This document shows, piece after piece, positions 37,637 through 51,800 of a stretch of 64,000 bases of DNA. Origin of the DNA: Malacoraja senta. Taxonomy: Eukaryota. How positions within the stretch are numbered: the first letter of the stretch is position 1; every line of letters starts with the position of its first letter. The position numbers and the translations under genes are program-made. The notes below the pieces were generated by a model. It did no database searches and was not told where the DNA came from. It saw nothing but the letters and a program-made list of their open reading frames with translations. The stretch spans positions 1,366,001-1,430,000 of the forward strand of contig CM075999.1 of the NCBI GenBank assembly GCA_038087875.1, read 5' to 3'.

Positions 37637-38793
37637 CCGCCGACGAGCTCCCCCCCCCCCCCCCCCCCCACCGCGGAGAGAGAGAGAGACCCGTCCACCG
37701 CCACCTCCCGCTGCAGTGCCGCCGACAGGCCGAGAGACGCAACGCTTCACAAACCCGAGATCAAAGATACTAGAGGATAGATACTAACTAGTATCTTTGC
37801 CCGAGATAGACACAAAATGCTGGAGTGAGTCAGCGGGTCAGGCAGCATCTCTGGAGTGAAGGGATAGACCGTGATGTTTCGGGTCGAGAGCCTTCTTCAG
37901 ACTAAGAGTCTGGGGACATTGGATGGTGTCCCTTGGTGACTACAGGATCCCAGAGACAATACTTGCACAATCTGGTGCCTTAAATGTCATAAAGTCATTG
38001 AGTCATAAATAAAGCATGGAAACAGGCCCTTCGGCCCAACTTGTCCACACAGGCCAACATGTCCCATCTACACCAGTCCCACCTTCCTTGCGCTTAGCTC
38101 TTATATCCCTCTAAACCTGTCCTATCCATGTACCTGTCTAATTGTTTAAACGTTTGCAATAATATCTGCTTCCACTACCTCCTCCGGCAGTTTGTCCCAT
38201 ACACACAACACCCTTTGTCAAGATCAAGATCAAGTGAGTTTATTGTCATGTGTCCCTGATAGGACAATGAAATTCTTGCTTTGCTTTCAGCACTTCGTGT
38301 GAATAATGTACCCCTCAGATTTCTATTAAATCTTTTCTCCATCACCTTAAACCTATGTTCTCTGGTCCTCGATTCACCTACTTTGGGCTAGAGGCTGTGC
38401 ATCTCCTTGATCTATTCCTCTCATGATTTTGTACACCTCTTCCGCTCCAAGGAATATAGCCCCAGCTTACTCAACCTCTCTCTATAGCTCATACCCTCGG
38501 GTCCTGGCAACCCATGTAAGGTGTCCCAGCCTTACTCATAAAGGCAAATGGAGATTATTCCATCACACCTTGTTAAAAGGGCTTGGGATATTAGGAGGTA
38601 AGGTATTCGCCACAGGATATCCAGTCTCTGAACTTCTCTTGGGGTGGGAGATTGCAACCTTCACGTGGTCCGTCCTGTTTCAACGAATGCAATCAACCTG
38701 GTGTGCACAATCAAATGAGATCAAATAGAACAAGTTGTCCCACAACTTTAGGGTGTGCACGCCATACGCAAGAAGAAGAACTTCTCTTCATCT

Positions 38794-39007
38794 GCCTGTG
38801 GAATTCTCTGTCTCAGAGGACGGTGGAGGCAGGTTCTCTGGATGCTTTCAAGAGAGAGCTAGATAGGGCTCTTAAAAATAGCGGAGTCAGGGGATATGGG
38901 GAGAAGGCAGGAACGGGGTACTGATTGGGGATGATCAGCCATGATCACATTGAATGGCGGTGCTGGCTCGAAGGGCCAAATGGCCTACTCCTGCACCTAT
39001 TGTCTAT
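38794..39007 (+). mobile_element. CR1 3'-end fragment
   Basis: [23 protein letters not shown]...[10 protein letters not shown] plus 3'UTR. Confidence 0.88.
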
Positions 39008-39589
39008 TTGGCTAGTCCATATGAGTTTTGGATGTTGAAACTGGTGATTCTAAAGCCATTGAATTCAAGCACGTGTGAATAGACACTCTGCTGGAGGTAG
39101 TCATTGCACTGGCATCTATTTGATGTGAATGTAGCTATTGCCACTTATTGGCACACGGTGAATGTTGCCTGAGCCTTGCAGCATGCAGGCAAAGGCTACT
39201 TCATTTGCCAAGGTGTTCCAAAGGGACACAAAATGCTGGAGTGACTCAGCAGATCAGGCAGCATCTCTGGTGCAAAGGAATAGTTTTGAGAGTCGGGGGA
39301 GAGGGAAACTAGAGGTGTGAATTGAACATTGTGCAATCAATAGCAAACACCTCAGATTCTGACCTTACAATGTAAGGAAAGCAACTGAAGATGGTTTATC
39401 CCAGGTCACCACCCTGAAGAATTATTGTTGTGATGTCCTAGGGCTGCAATGATTGACTGCCCAACAACAATAATCATTTACCTTAATGCAAGGTACACCT
39501 TCAGCCATGGGAATGGTTTCTCCTTGATGTGCATTCAATTTTACCAGGGCTCTTTGATGGCACGCTTGGCCAAACTTTATCTTGATGTT

Positions 39590-39744
39590 AAACATAGAAA
39601 CATAGAAGCATAGAAAATAGGTGCAGGAGTAGGCCATTCGGCCCTTCGAGCCTGCACCGCCATTCAATATGATCATGGCTGATCATCCAACTCAGTATCC
39701 CGTACCTGCCTTCTCTCCATACCCCCTGATCCCTTTAGCCACAA
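39590..39744 (-). mobile_element. CR1 3'-end fragment
   Basis: Essentially identical to the 3' ends at 6193 and 41895; (catagaaa)n tail. Confidence 0.88.
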
Positions 39745-41876
39745 GTTAAAACCAGTCTCACCTTTGGAACTTAGCTTTTTGGTTCATGTTGGATCAAAAT
39801 GGTGATTAATCTGGAACTGTATGATCCTGGAGTGAACCAGACTGCACAATGATGAACAAGTGCTGCTTGATACACGAATGACAGCTTCCTTCAATTTATC
39901 GATTATTATGTATGTGGAAACTAATTGGGTGATAAGAGTCAGATTTGATTTATTCTGCTTTTTGAGAACAGGGCACACTTGGGTAATTTTCTTTATTGTT
40001 AGGTAGATTTCAATGTGGGAACTAAACTGGAACAACTTGTGGGTGTATGGAATACATTGCCGGAGGATATAGTTGAGGTAGGAACTATTGCGATGTTTAA
40101 GAAGCAATTGGACAGGTACATGGATAGGACAGGCTTGGAGGACTTTGGGCCAAACACAGACAAGTGGGACTCGTGTAGATGGAACATATTGGTTTGTGTG
40201 GAAAAGTTTGGCCTTAGGGCCTGTTTCCACACTGTATGACTCTAACTTGGCTAGAACCATATGTTTAAGAAGGAACTGCAGATGCTGGAAAAATCGAAGG
40301 TAGATAAAAATGCTGGAGAAACTCAACGGGTGAGGCAGCATCTAGAGAGTGAAGGAATAGGTGACGTTTCAGGTCGAGACCCTTCTTCAGACCATAAATA
40401 CTGCCTCACCGGCTGAGTTTCTCCAGCATTTTTATCTACCTTTGGCTGGAACCACAGGTAATTCAGGACCTGAGGATATTTGGGATGTTGGAATACGGAG
40501 CGACAATCTGCTGGAGGAATTCAGTGGTATGAAGATCCATCAGTCTCAATTCATCAGTTTAGTTTATTGTCACATGTACCAAGGTGGTGAAAAGCGTTTC
40601 ACTGACCCAAAATGTAGACTGTCCATTACCATCCACAGATTCTGCTCATCTTGCTGAGTTCCTCCAACCAAATATTAGTTGGGTTGTTGCCCGAATCCAC
40701 AGATTTTGCTCTTTCCAATGCACCCAGCCATTTCTTGATGACACATGGAGTGAACTAAACTGATCAAGTGATCTCAGGAGAAAGGCACAGTGAATCATCT
40801 ACTCTGCATTTCTGTTTGAACAGCTTTGTCTTAGCACTCAATCTGGGCCCTGCCATTGTTTAAGTTGTGGGTGGACTTGAAACCACCTTCTTTCATTAGC
40901 TGCATTTAAAAAAAAAATGCCACTACCAAATCATCATTACATAAAGGAGGACTGCAGACCTTTGATTACAATATTCCACCAGTAGATGGAACACCATGAC
41001 TGCAGAGTGTACGATCTAGAAAATGTACTCTAATTACTTAACTGGGCTATGTGCAGTAGATGTGCACTTAATTGCATGGCTGAGAAAGTTTGGCATGGCC
41101 CAATCAACTTTCACCAACTTCTATAGCTGTAGAAAGCATGTTATCGTGATGCATCTGGTTTTGGAACTTGTGTAAAAAAGAACTGCAGATGCTGGTTGAA
41201 ATCGAAGCTAGACACAAAATGCTGGAGTAACTCAGCGGGCGAGGCAGCATCTCTGGAGAGAAGGAATGGGCGACATTTCGGGTTGAGACCCTTCTTCAGA
41301 TTGATATCAGGGGAGGGGGCGGGACAAAGATAGAATGTAGTCGGAGACAGTAAGACTGGCGGAGAAGAGGGGATGACCAGTCTCAATGGTCCGTGTTTTC
41401 CCCAGCCAGCGTGTAGATGAAGTAGATAAAACGGGCTACATCAACAACTCTATCATTTCTGCTGAGTTTGTTGTGACATACAACATAATAACGATGTTCT
41501 CAATGCAAATGTGTAGGAAGGAACTGCAGATGATGGTTTAAACTATAGACACAAAAAGCTGGAGTAATTCACTGTCTGAAGGGTCTCGACCCAAAACACC
41601 ACCTATTCCTTTTCTCCAGAGATGCTGTCTGAACCAGAGTTACTCCAGCTTTTTATGTTATCAGTGCAAAGATGGAAGTCTGTCTCCACATAGATTATAT
41701 GATGGTCACTTCTACACATTTTATTGTAAGTGGTGCATGCACCATAGGGAGTTTAGTGAGCACAAGGTCGTTGGTTTATCCATTGTTGGTGCACTACCAT
41801 CCTGAGACAGACCGGAGGCCACCACCTTCAGGACTTCAGCTTGGTTGTTGGTGGTGATAACCAACCTTTCTTGGTG

Positions 41877-44087
41877 ATACATAGATACATAGATACATAG
41901 AAAATAGGTGCAGGAGTAGGCCATTCGGCCCTTCGAGCCTGCACCGCCATTCAATATGATCATGGCTGATCATCCAACTCAGTATCCCGTACCTGCCTTC
42001 TCTCCATACCCCCTGATCCCTTTAGCCACAAGGGCCACATCTAACGCCCTCTTAAATATAGCCAATGAACTGGCCTCAACTACCCTCTGTGGCAGAGAGT
42101 TCCAGAGATTCACCACTCTCTGTGTGAAAAAGTTTTTCCTCATCTCGGTCTTAAAGGATTTCCCCCTTATCCTTAAGCTGTGACCCCTTGTCCTGGACTT
42201 CCCCAACATCGGGAACAATCTTCCTGCATCTAGCCTGTCCAACCCCATAAGAATTTTGTACGTTTCTATAAGATCCCCTCTCAATCTCCTAAATTCTAGC
42301 GAGTATAAGCCAAGTCTATCCAGTCTTTCTTCATATGAAAGTCCTGACATCCCAGGAATCAGTCTGGTGAACCTTCTCTGCACTCCCTCTATGGCTATAA
42401 TGTCCTTCCTCAGATTTGGAGACCAAAACTGTACGCAATACTCCAGGTGTGGTCTCACCAAGACCCTGTACAACTGCAGTAGAACCTCCCTGCTCCTATA
42501 CTCAAATCCTCTTGCTATGAAGGCCAACATACCATTCGCTTTCTTCACTGCCTGCTGCACCTGCATGCCTACTTTCAATGACTGGTGTACCATGACACCC
42601 AGGTCTCGCTGCACCTCCCCATTTCCTAATCGGCCACCATTTAGATAATAGTCTGCCTTCCCGTTTTTGCCACCAAAGTGGATAACCTCACATTTATCCA
42701 CATTATACTGCATCTGCCAAACATTTGCCCACTCACCCAGCCTATCCAAGTCACCTTGCAGTCTCCTAGCATCCTCCTCACAGCTAACACTGCCCCCCAG
42801 CTTAGTGTCATCCGCAAACTTGGAGATGTTGCTTTCAATTCCCTCGTCCAGATCATTAATATAAATTGTAAATAGCTGGGGTCCCAGCACTGAGCCTTGC
42901 GGTACCCCACTAGTCACTGCCTGCCATTGTGAAAAGGACCCGTTTACTCCTACTCTTTGCTTCCTGTTTGCCAGCCAGCTCTCTATCCACATCAATACTG
43001 AACCCCCAATACCGTGTGATTTAAGTTTGTATCCTAATCTCTTATGTGGTACCTTGTCGAAAGCCTTCTGAAAGTCCAGATACAACACATCCACTGGTTC
43101 TCCCCTATCCACTCTACTAGTTACATCCTCGAAAAATTCTATAAGATTCGTCAGACACGATTTACCTTTCGTAAATCCATGCTGACTTTGTCCAATGATT
43201 TCACCACTTTCCAAATGTGCTGCTATCCCATCTTTAATAACTGACTCTAGCAGTTTCCCCACTACCGATGTTAGACTAACTGGTCTGTAATTCCCCGTTT
43301 TCTCTCTCCCTCCCTTCTTTAAAAGTGGGGTTACGTTTGCTACCCTCCAATCCTCAGGAACTACTCCAGAATCTAAAGAATTTTGAAAAATTATCACTAA
43401 TGCATCCACTATTTCTGGAGCTACTTCCTTAAGTACTCTGGGATGCAGCCTATCTGGCCCTGGTGATTTATCGGCCTTTAATCCATTCAATTTACCCAAC
43501 ACCACTTCCCGACTAACCTGGATTTCACTCAGTTCCTCCATCTCCTTTGACCCGCGGCCCCCTGCTATTTCCGGCAGATTATTTATGTCTTCCTTAGTGA
43601 AGACGGAACCAAAGTAGTTATTCAATTGGTCCGCCATATCCTTGTTCCCCATGATCAATTCACCTGTTTCTGACTGCAAGGGACCTACATTTGTTTTAAC
43701 TAATCTCTTTCTCTTCACATATCTATAGAAACTTTTGCAGTCAGTTTTTATGTTCCCTGCCAGTTTCCTTTCATAATCTATTTTCCCTTTCCTAATTAAG
43801 CCCTTTGTCCTCCTCTGCTGGTCTCTGAATTTCTCCCAGTCCTCTGGTATGCTGCTTTTTCTGGCTAATTTGTACGCAACATCTTTTGCTTTGATACTAT
43901 CCCTGATTTCCCTTGTTATCCACGGATGCACTACCTTCCCTGATTTATTCTTTTGCCAAACTGGGATGAACATTTTTTGTAGTTCATCCATGCAGTCTTT
44001 AAATGCCTTCCATTGCATATCTACCGTCAACCCTTTTAGAACTAATTGCCAGTCAATCTTGGCCAATTCACGTCTCATACCCTCAAA
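41877..44087 (-). mobile_element. Young 5'-truncated CR1 LINE with uninterrupted ORF2 (RT) reading frame
   Basis: ORF 41979-44294 (771 aa); CR1-like sequence starts near FEGMRREL (~44087), with all RT motifs in one frame; (gatacata)n tail. Confidence 0.96.
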
Positions 44088-45959
44088 GTGATGGATATTG
44101 AAGTCCCAGCCAGAGTACATTTTGTGCCCCAGAAACTTTCCATGCTCTTTATAAGTGTTAGACTTGGAGGAGCACAGATTCATCTGTTGAGGAAGGAGGT
44201 TTCCTAGTCTATATTTGACCTGATGCCACAAGACATAAGGATTTCCAGCACTATCCTCCCTAGACTCATCTTTCTGTATGTCCTGTTTCTGCACTGGTTG
44301 GTTTTCAACTTGGTCTTTTAACCTTCCTTCCAGTACAATATTTCGTAATTGAGGAGCAACTGTGTGTGTTTTCTGTGCTGGAATGGTGTTAAAAACTCAT
44401 TTTCCTCAATTATTTACCTTCTACATTAATTATTTAGGCGGTGCCAGACTGTGAGGTTGCCAAGTTTGCTGACGTTGTGAAAATAGGTAGAAGAGTATGG
44501 AATGATAAGGATATTTATAATAGACCAGAAAATAGATTGGGTTTGTGATCAGGCAAAGACATGTAAAATGGTGCTAAATGGGGAAAAGTGCAAGATCAGT
44601 AGAATGACAAGGCAGGTCCACTAAATGGTGAAGATTGCAAGTGAGTAGAGTAAGATGGGGTCTACATATTCTTATGCACAAAACACACCAATATTGGCAA
44701 GTAATTGTCAATTAACACCAAGTAAGTATGCAATTGGTAAATTGGCCTTCATTGATCGGTGGTTGAAGTTTAAAAATGGGGAAGTAATGTTAGAATTGTA
44801 TGGTATGGCCACACCTCAACTACTGTGTTTCCTTGATCTAAAGACATACCAGTAAAAGGCATTCAATAGGACAGTCCCTGGAATGAAAGAACTGTCTTGT
44901 CACAAAAACTAAATAAACTAGTTTTTTAAATTCTTTCAAGATTAACAGATTTCAAGATTAAGGGTGATCTTATTTAACAATGATGATGTTGAGATTTCCC
45001 TCAGTGGGAGAGTACTTAATGAGCGGACAAGATTTGAGAGCAATCATTTAAAACAGAGGGTGGTAAAACCTTTGGCATTCAATACCTGAACTTTGTGAAG
45101 ACTAGATCACTGGAGATATTAATAGTGTATATATAGTTTTGACAGTGAATTGGGGGCTATGTGGAACTGACACAGAGGAGTTGAGACAAGGAACTGTGGC
45201 TGCACAGTCGAGGGAAGGAACCATGGAGGACCCGGCGTGGAGGGACTGCCGTGAAGGAGGGGGAGAATAACGGGGACCCAGCTTTGAAGTGGGGGGGAGG
45301 GGGCCCGTGAGGGAGGGGGAAGAACAATGGGGGACCCGGCCTGGAGGGACTGCCATGAGGGGGTGGGTGGGGGAGGGGGAGAACAAAGGGAGACCTGGTG
45401 CAGATACTGTGTATAATTTGTAACTTTGTCTGCGCCCTTATGTGGTGACTATTTGCCTACCGTGGGTACGCGAGCAAAGAATTTCAATGTGATTTGTGAC
45501 AATAAAGCATTCACTCAGGCTGGAACCTTGCATGGAATCTTCAGAATGCAAAGTGCCGGAGTAACTCAGTGGGTAAGGCACTATCTCTGGAGGACATGGA
45601 TGGACAATGTTTCTGGTCAGGACCCTTCTTCAGATTTATTTGCACAAATCAGGACAGAGACTCTTGTGTCGCCCCACAACAGCCAGCAGTTTAGATTCAA
45701 GATTCAAGAGAGTTTATTGTCATGTGTCCCAGCTAGGACAATGAAATTCTTGCTTTGCTTCAGCACAACAGAATATAGTAGGCATGAATACAGAACAGAT
45801 CAGTGTGTCCATATACCATTATGGCTCTTGTTAACCCTAACCAGGCAACTCCTTTCACATTATGTACATCCAGTTTGCGTGGGAATTTCCACTCTGCTTG
45901 CACTGCAAAGCTTACTGAAATAGTTTCGATATAAGATGGACATTAAAAAAACCGGATTC

Positions 45960-48801
45960 TCAACTAATAGGAATCTATTTTTTAATAAAAGAAAGCAGCA
46001 TTGAATGAGAACAAAATACACCAAAAAAAAACAATTTATAAGAGCAACAATAATTGTTCAATTATTTACAACTCATATGAAAATGTACATACGACAACTA
46101 TACAGACCGCAAAAAAATTTGCGTGCCTTTGTTTAAAATTTCTGATGGGAGAGGCTGGATTTCAATTTGGTCTTTTGACCTTCCTCCCCCACTCCAGCTG
46201 CATTTCATAATCGAGGAACAACTACAGACAAAGGTTGAGAGCCAATTTTAAATCCTGGATCCCCTCAAACACAAAAACACCATGATGTGCGTTCAATTCA
46301 TAAACTCATTAGCTGTATCGGGGAGAAGAGGTACGAGGAAGACCATTTTGAGATATCCAACGCTTTACAAAAAGGAATTGTATTAACATTAACATATCTT
46401 GCTAAAAATATTACATACATGTGCAATAATTCAATTCCAAAGAGAGGAGGGCATTGTTAACCCTGCAACATTGTATGTACTGGCTTAATAAAAATATTAA
46501 TATTTAATATTTAGCAGTGTAGCAGGCCCATTAGGCTCCAGTGTGTCACAGCGCCCCTGGTTTCCCACCTTCCCTCTCATGGTCACAGACCAGAGGAGGG
46601 CAGCCCTAGAAACCCTTGAGTACTTGCCCCATGTGGCTATTCCTCAAGTGCAACTTGGCTCTTCAATAACCCACCACGTTGTGTCCTGCATGTGGGCTTC
46701 CCACCCAGGAATTAACAGATCAGGAGCGGGAACCCTGAGTTGTCTTTCCTCCTCAGCCCAAAGGCCCCCACCCCCACGTGGATAATTATTGTGCTAAACG
46801 CAAGCTTCAGGTTAGCACATAAGGAGTTCAGAACAGGGACCTTTGAGCTGTACAACAAGTCACTATCTATTGCATTAATTAACCAACCATTCTATAACCC
46901 TGCCATCTGTTAGGCAGGGATATTACTGTATTATTGACCCCATCAAACAATAGTAGAGCGTGGCACCGATGTGGTTCAAATGCCACTCGTCACAATGACC
47001 TGAATAGTGAATTAAACAAAATGAAAGTGTGATTTTAAAGCTTCTTCTTATTAAAGAGCCCTCCATATTCTTGCCAACTTTAAATGCACAAAGATAGATG
47101 AGGGACATAAGAGAAACAAAATGACAATGCACATCAGCTGTCCTGATTGAAACTGACGATGTGTATCATTGCAGTGAAACTGACACTAATTCAATGGTTG
47201 CTCAGCGATCTCCTGGTTTTAACCGCAATGCTGCTGCAAATATTTTGTTAGCATTATGGCCTATTACTGAAGCCCATCAACTCAATCAGCAAATGCACAT
47301 CAACTGTTTAGATGGGATTTTATGGAGAATCGTGCTGCCAGGGTCTACACCAAAGTTTTACTTCAAGATGTACTTTGACCGTTCCACTCGTCTGTCGACA
47401 AACAAGAATCTTGAACTTTAAATGATATGACTGAAAATGTTGCAAATGAAATCCATCATGTGCTTCAAGCGTTCCCAAGAAAAACCAAAACTCTCAGCAA
47501 TTCGGTAGGTCATTTCCACCCATTATTCACATTCCACTGCGAAAAAGGATTGGAATTAACTGAGCCGCTCACTTAGTTGAAGATCGAATATAACGCACAT
47601 AAGATGATTGAGTTACAGGAACAAAAGCAAGGAGTTGAAAAACAAATTGCATTCTTCATTGCCATATGCTATCGTCTGCCAGAGAGCGAGACTGGGAAAA
47701 TTAATTTGTTATAAATTACATGGCATTTTAAAATGTCAGAGATAACATGTCATACTAGAATGGAAATGTCCGACAGTTTGGTTGTGAAGGAATTCAGTAT
47801 AGTGTTTTAAATGGATTCAGATTTTTTTTTTTTTTAAAGTTACAATTATACTTTTATTCAATATTTAAATATGAAGACAACTGTGTACATATTCACTCTA
47901 AATGAAATGGGGAGGTGCATCTTTTCCATTGAGGCACGATTTAACATTCAATGCAACAGTCACTGCCTATGTACAAAGGTTTATAATTTCCCTGCCAAAA
48001 GCCAGACCCTTCCCCACTTCCGTGGTGTCTTAGGATGAAAGGCACCTGATGCTATAATACATTCCTTTCAAAAGAGACCTGCTTCAGTGAAATCAGCACT
48101 TGTTGATTTTTGTTTTTTAAAAAGGAAGAGGGGCTACAACAAGAAATTGGTCGCCACAAAACCCTCCAGTCATTCCACGTTTTTGTTGTATTCCAAGAGT
48201 CCGTTTTGCTCCTGGAGACACCAGCAACTAAAAGGCCATGGAACTGATGGTGGTAGTGAGGATAAAGCAGTAAAGTAAGGCCTGATAGCCTGGGGTCCAG
48301 GGTGATTCGGCAATGGGTGACGCTCAGTCTCCAAATGGCTTTCCTTGAGACGTCAAAATGTGTGCAAATATAAAATCAAAAGGGATAATATGTCTTGAGA
48401 AGGTAATAGGGAGATGGTGATCACCGTCTATACAAAGACCTACTCTTCATTCATCTCTGGTTTAAAAAAAAAGGAAAAACAGTCATTTCCCCAGCACACC
48501 ATCCCAGCAACTGTTAGCAAGTGCTGTGATTTTGAAGCAACTAGTATATTGTATAAATCTGGAGGCGCAGAAACAGATATGATCAAGGGAAACCTCAACT
48601 TCGAGGATGTATGAACTGATTTACGTATATGTTTATCAGGCTTTGATATCTTTTCCCATGGCACCAGGTTCACTGAATTTGTACTGAATACATTGTACAC
48701 CATTGTCAATACAACATAGCTTCAGGTACAGCTCTCGCGCCTCATCCCCATCTCTGCACAGATTCCATATAGCTAGATTTCTGTTTACTCTGTACACATT
48801 C
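45960..48801 (-). other. PHACTR4: PHACTR4 3'UTR (~2.8 kb), candidate poly(A) signal ATTAAA at 45986-45981
   Basis: AT-rich stretch in which I could not recognise the interspersed repeats that fill the flanks. It ends at an ATTAAA; repeats resume below ~45820. Confidence 0.55.
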
Positions 48802-48817
48802 TTAAGGCCGATGGAAC
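48802..48817 (-). CDS. PHACTR4: PHACTR4 last coding segment (RFHRP-stop)
   Basis: tctccttAG|G TTC CAT CGG CCT TAA. Confidence 0.93.
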
Positions 48818-51800
48818 CTAAGGAGAGAAAACATAATTAATAACAAAGTGCACAACTATCTTAATTCATACAAGCCCTTTTTTTTGTTTCGTTTCTCCTC
48901 CTAATCTTGTCTCAATTGGATTGTTGTTTCCAAGTCAGAAGGTTGTGGGATTATGAACAATTCTGAATATTTCTAACGCTTTCACTTTGTGGCACTGAGG
49001 GAGCATTGCCACGTTAGAGATGCCACCTTTTAGGAGTGATCTTAAATGAAGTCACTCTCTCTCTCTCTCTCTTCCAAGGTAGCTTTGAAACATTCTAGGG
49101 TTGTACTTCAATGAAGAGCAAAAGCATTTTCTCTGTGGCCTGACGATATTAAAATCTGATTATTTGGTCTTGTTCCTGACTTTGGAACTTCTGTGTGCAT
49201 ATTAAAACATGATCCCAGTTCAAAAGTGATTTATTAACTGTGTATCTTGGAAGTCATGAGAACACAAAAAGCTTTTCCCTGCACTTCAATGGCTTAATAG
49301 GTTAATGCATCATCCAAATCAATTCTGAGACACACAACGGGCAAGAGAGTGTAACAGCGAAAAGAGTTGAGTTTAGTTTTGTTTCGAGATACTGCGCGGA
49401 AATAGGCACTTCTGCCCACCGAGTCCGCGCCGACCAGCGATCCCTGCACACTAACACTATCCTATACACACCAGGGACAATTTACAATTATATCAAGCCA
49501 ATTAACCTACAAACCTGTACATCTTTGGAGAGTAGGAGGAAACCGAAAATCTCGGAGAAAACCCACGCGGTCACGGGGAGAACGTACAAACTCAGTACAG
49601 ACAGCACCCATAGTCTGAATCGAACCCAGGTCTCCGGCACTGCAAGCGCTGTAAGGCAGCAACTCTACCGCTGTGCCACTGTGCCGCCCTTGCTGGTTCA
49701 CATTTCCGGTGACTTGGTTCCAAAGTTGCTGTCAATGTAGAATTTGTATATTCTCTCCGTGACTGCATACATTTTCTTCAGGTGCTCCAGTTTCTCTTTA
49801 AATCCCAGAGATGTGTGGGTTGGAAGGTTAATTGGCCACTGTAAATTATTCCTCATGTGTACTAAGTTTTAGAATCTGGGGAGAGTTGATGGGCGAATTA
49901 AAAAACAGGTGGGGTTCACTTCCCTTGAATATTGATCATGCACTCATGAAGGCCTTCATGATCCCATATTATAATAAAAGCACATTATACATGTTCGCAA
50001 GGGTATTAAGAATTACAGGTCGACAGTGATAAGAACATCAGCCAAGATCTTAACTTGGTGAAAGAAACTCCAGAGGCTGATGGACCCACTGCGTGCTCCT
50101 ACAAATTCAAGCTAGGTTACCCAGGGACAAAATTCCAGGGACCCTAAGGGAAGGATATATCCCACTTAGGGTCAGAGAAATCTTGTGCACTCTGTCCCAA
50201 AGACTATGAGTATTGAGTAAGCAAACTTACAAGGCTGACTTTCACCAGGATCCAAATTGGTCAAATGGGCCGAGGCATAATCCGAATGAACAGTAAGCAG
50301 GTGTGTGAGGATGTTTAGTTTAGTTTATTGTCACGTGTACTGTGGTACAGTGAAACGCTTTTGTTGCGTGCTAACTAGTCAGCAGAAAGACAATACATGA
50401 TTACAATCGAGCCATTTACAGTGTATAAATACATGATAAGGAAATAATGTTTAGTGAAAGATAAAGCTAGCTAAGTCCGATAAAGGATAGTCAGAGGGTC
50501 ACCAAAGAGGTAGATAGTAATTCAGCACTGCTCTTTTGTTGTGTCAGTGCTGAACTACTATCTACCTCTTTGGAGACTCTCGGACTATCCTTGATTGGAC
50601 TTTGCTGGCTTTACCTTGCACTAAACGTTGTTCCCTTATCATGTATCTGTACATTGGAAATAGCTCGATTGTAATCATGTTTATGTCGCCTGGGTTGGGC
50701 ACCTGGGATGCTTTCAAGAGAGAGCTAGATAGGGCTCTTACAAATAGCGGGATATGGGGAGAAGGCAGGAACGGGGTACTGATTGGGGATGATCAGCCAT
50801 GATCACATTAAATGGCAGTGCTGGCTCGAAGGGTCGAATGGCCTACTCCTGCATCTATTGTCTATTGTCATCTTGGAAGCATGAGAGTGGGCCACTCCTG
50901 CCTTTTGCTGAAATTACCCACAGCACCTGTGCACAGGGTAGGGAGTTGTGGCACTAGTCAAAGGTCAACGTTCAGAAGTAGTGGAGTTAGCTGATTTCCC
51001 CATTTAATGCCTCAGAAGAACAAAGGCAGATTGCAGCACATTAGTCGAAACAAGGAAGTGCAGATGCTGGTTTATACCAATGATAGACACAAAGTGGTGG
51101 ACACCGAATCTGTGTGTCCATCTTTACAGCACACTGGTGCTGATGTAGAGGACACCAAATCAGAAATGATTCCGACCTGAAAGGCTGAACACTGCTTGGG
51201 CAACGGAGTCATTCTCCAAACAAAGGTATGCTATTTAGAAAGATAACTGATATTTCCTACATGTTATTTTGAGAGCCAAAAGACTGAATTTACCTTGTAT
51301 ACATCCTGCTTTCTTCATGCACCTCCATCTCTTGACTTTTGAATTCATTTAGTTCTTTGCGTATTGCTGCCTGTAAGGGTGCAACCATGAGAAAAGGCTT
51401 TGTGAAGTAAATCTTTATTTTTATTCCAAGTAATTGCATCTGTCAAAAATATCTTCTGTACCATGCTAGAATCTCTCATGTGATGTCTAATGAAGAACAC
51501 CTTCAGGTTAGCAGCTGATTTCGAAATGGAATGATTACTTGCCCTGGAAGATTGCTTTTGTTTGTTTTTGGGGGAGAGGGATTATCCATACACAGGCGTT
51601 TAGACCAATTTAAAGAATAATTTCCTGACTCAAACAAAACATGGAAGCAAGCCTCTTCATTACAAACAAATCCCTTCATCTTGTTGTGTAAATGTTTCCA
51701 CTTGTAGGGAGATAAAATCTAGTGGCCATAAATATATATTTTTAAGTTATTGGTAAATCAAAGGATTTAGTAAGACCTGTGACTAATGGTGTGCCTCAAA

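Noticed and set aside
44088..44294. N-terminal ~70 aa of the 771-aa ORF as a novel RT fusion protein
   Set aside because: Chance in-frame flank upstream of a 5'-truncated CR1; non-ATG start and no recognisable domain.
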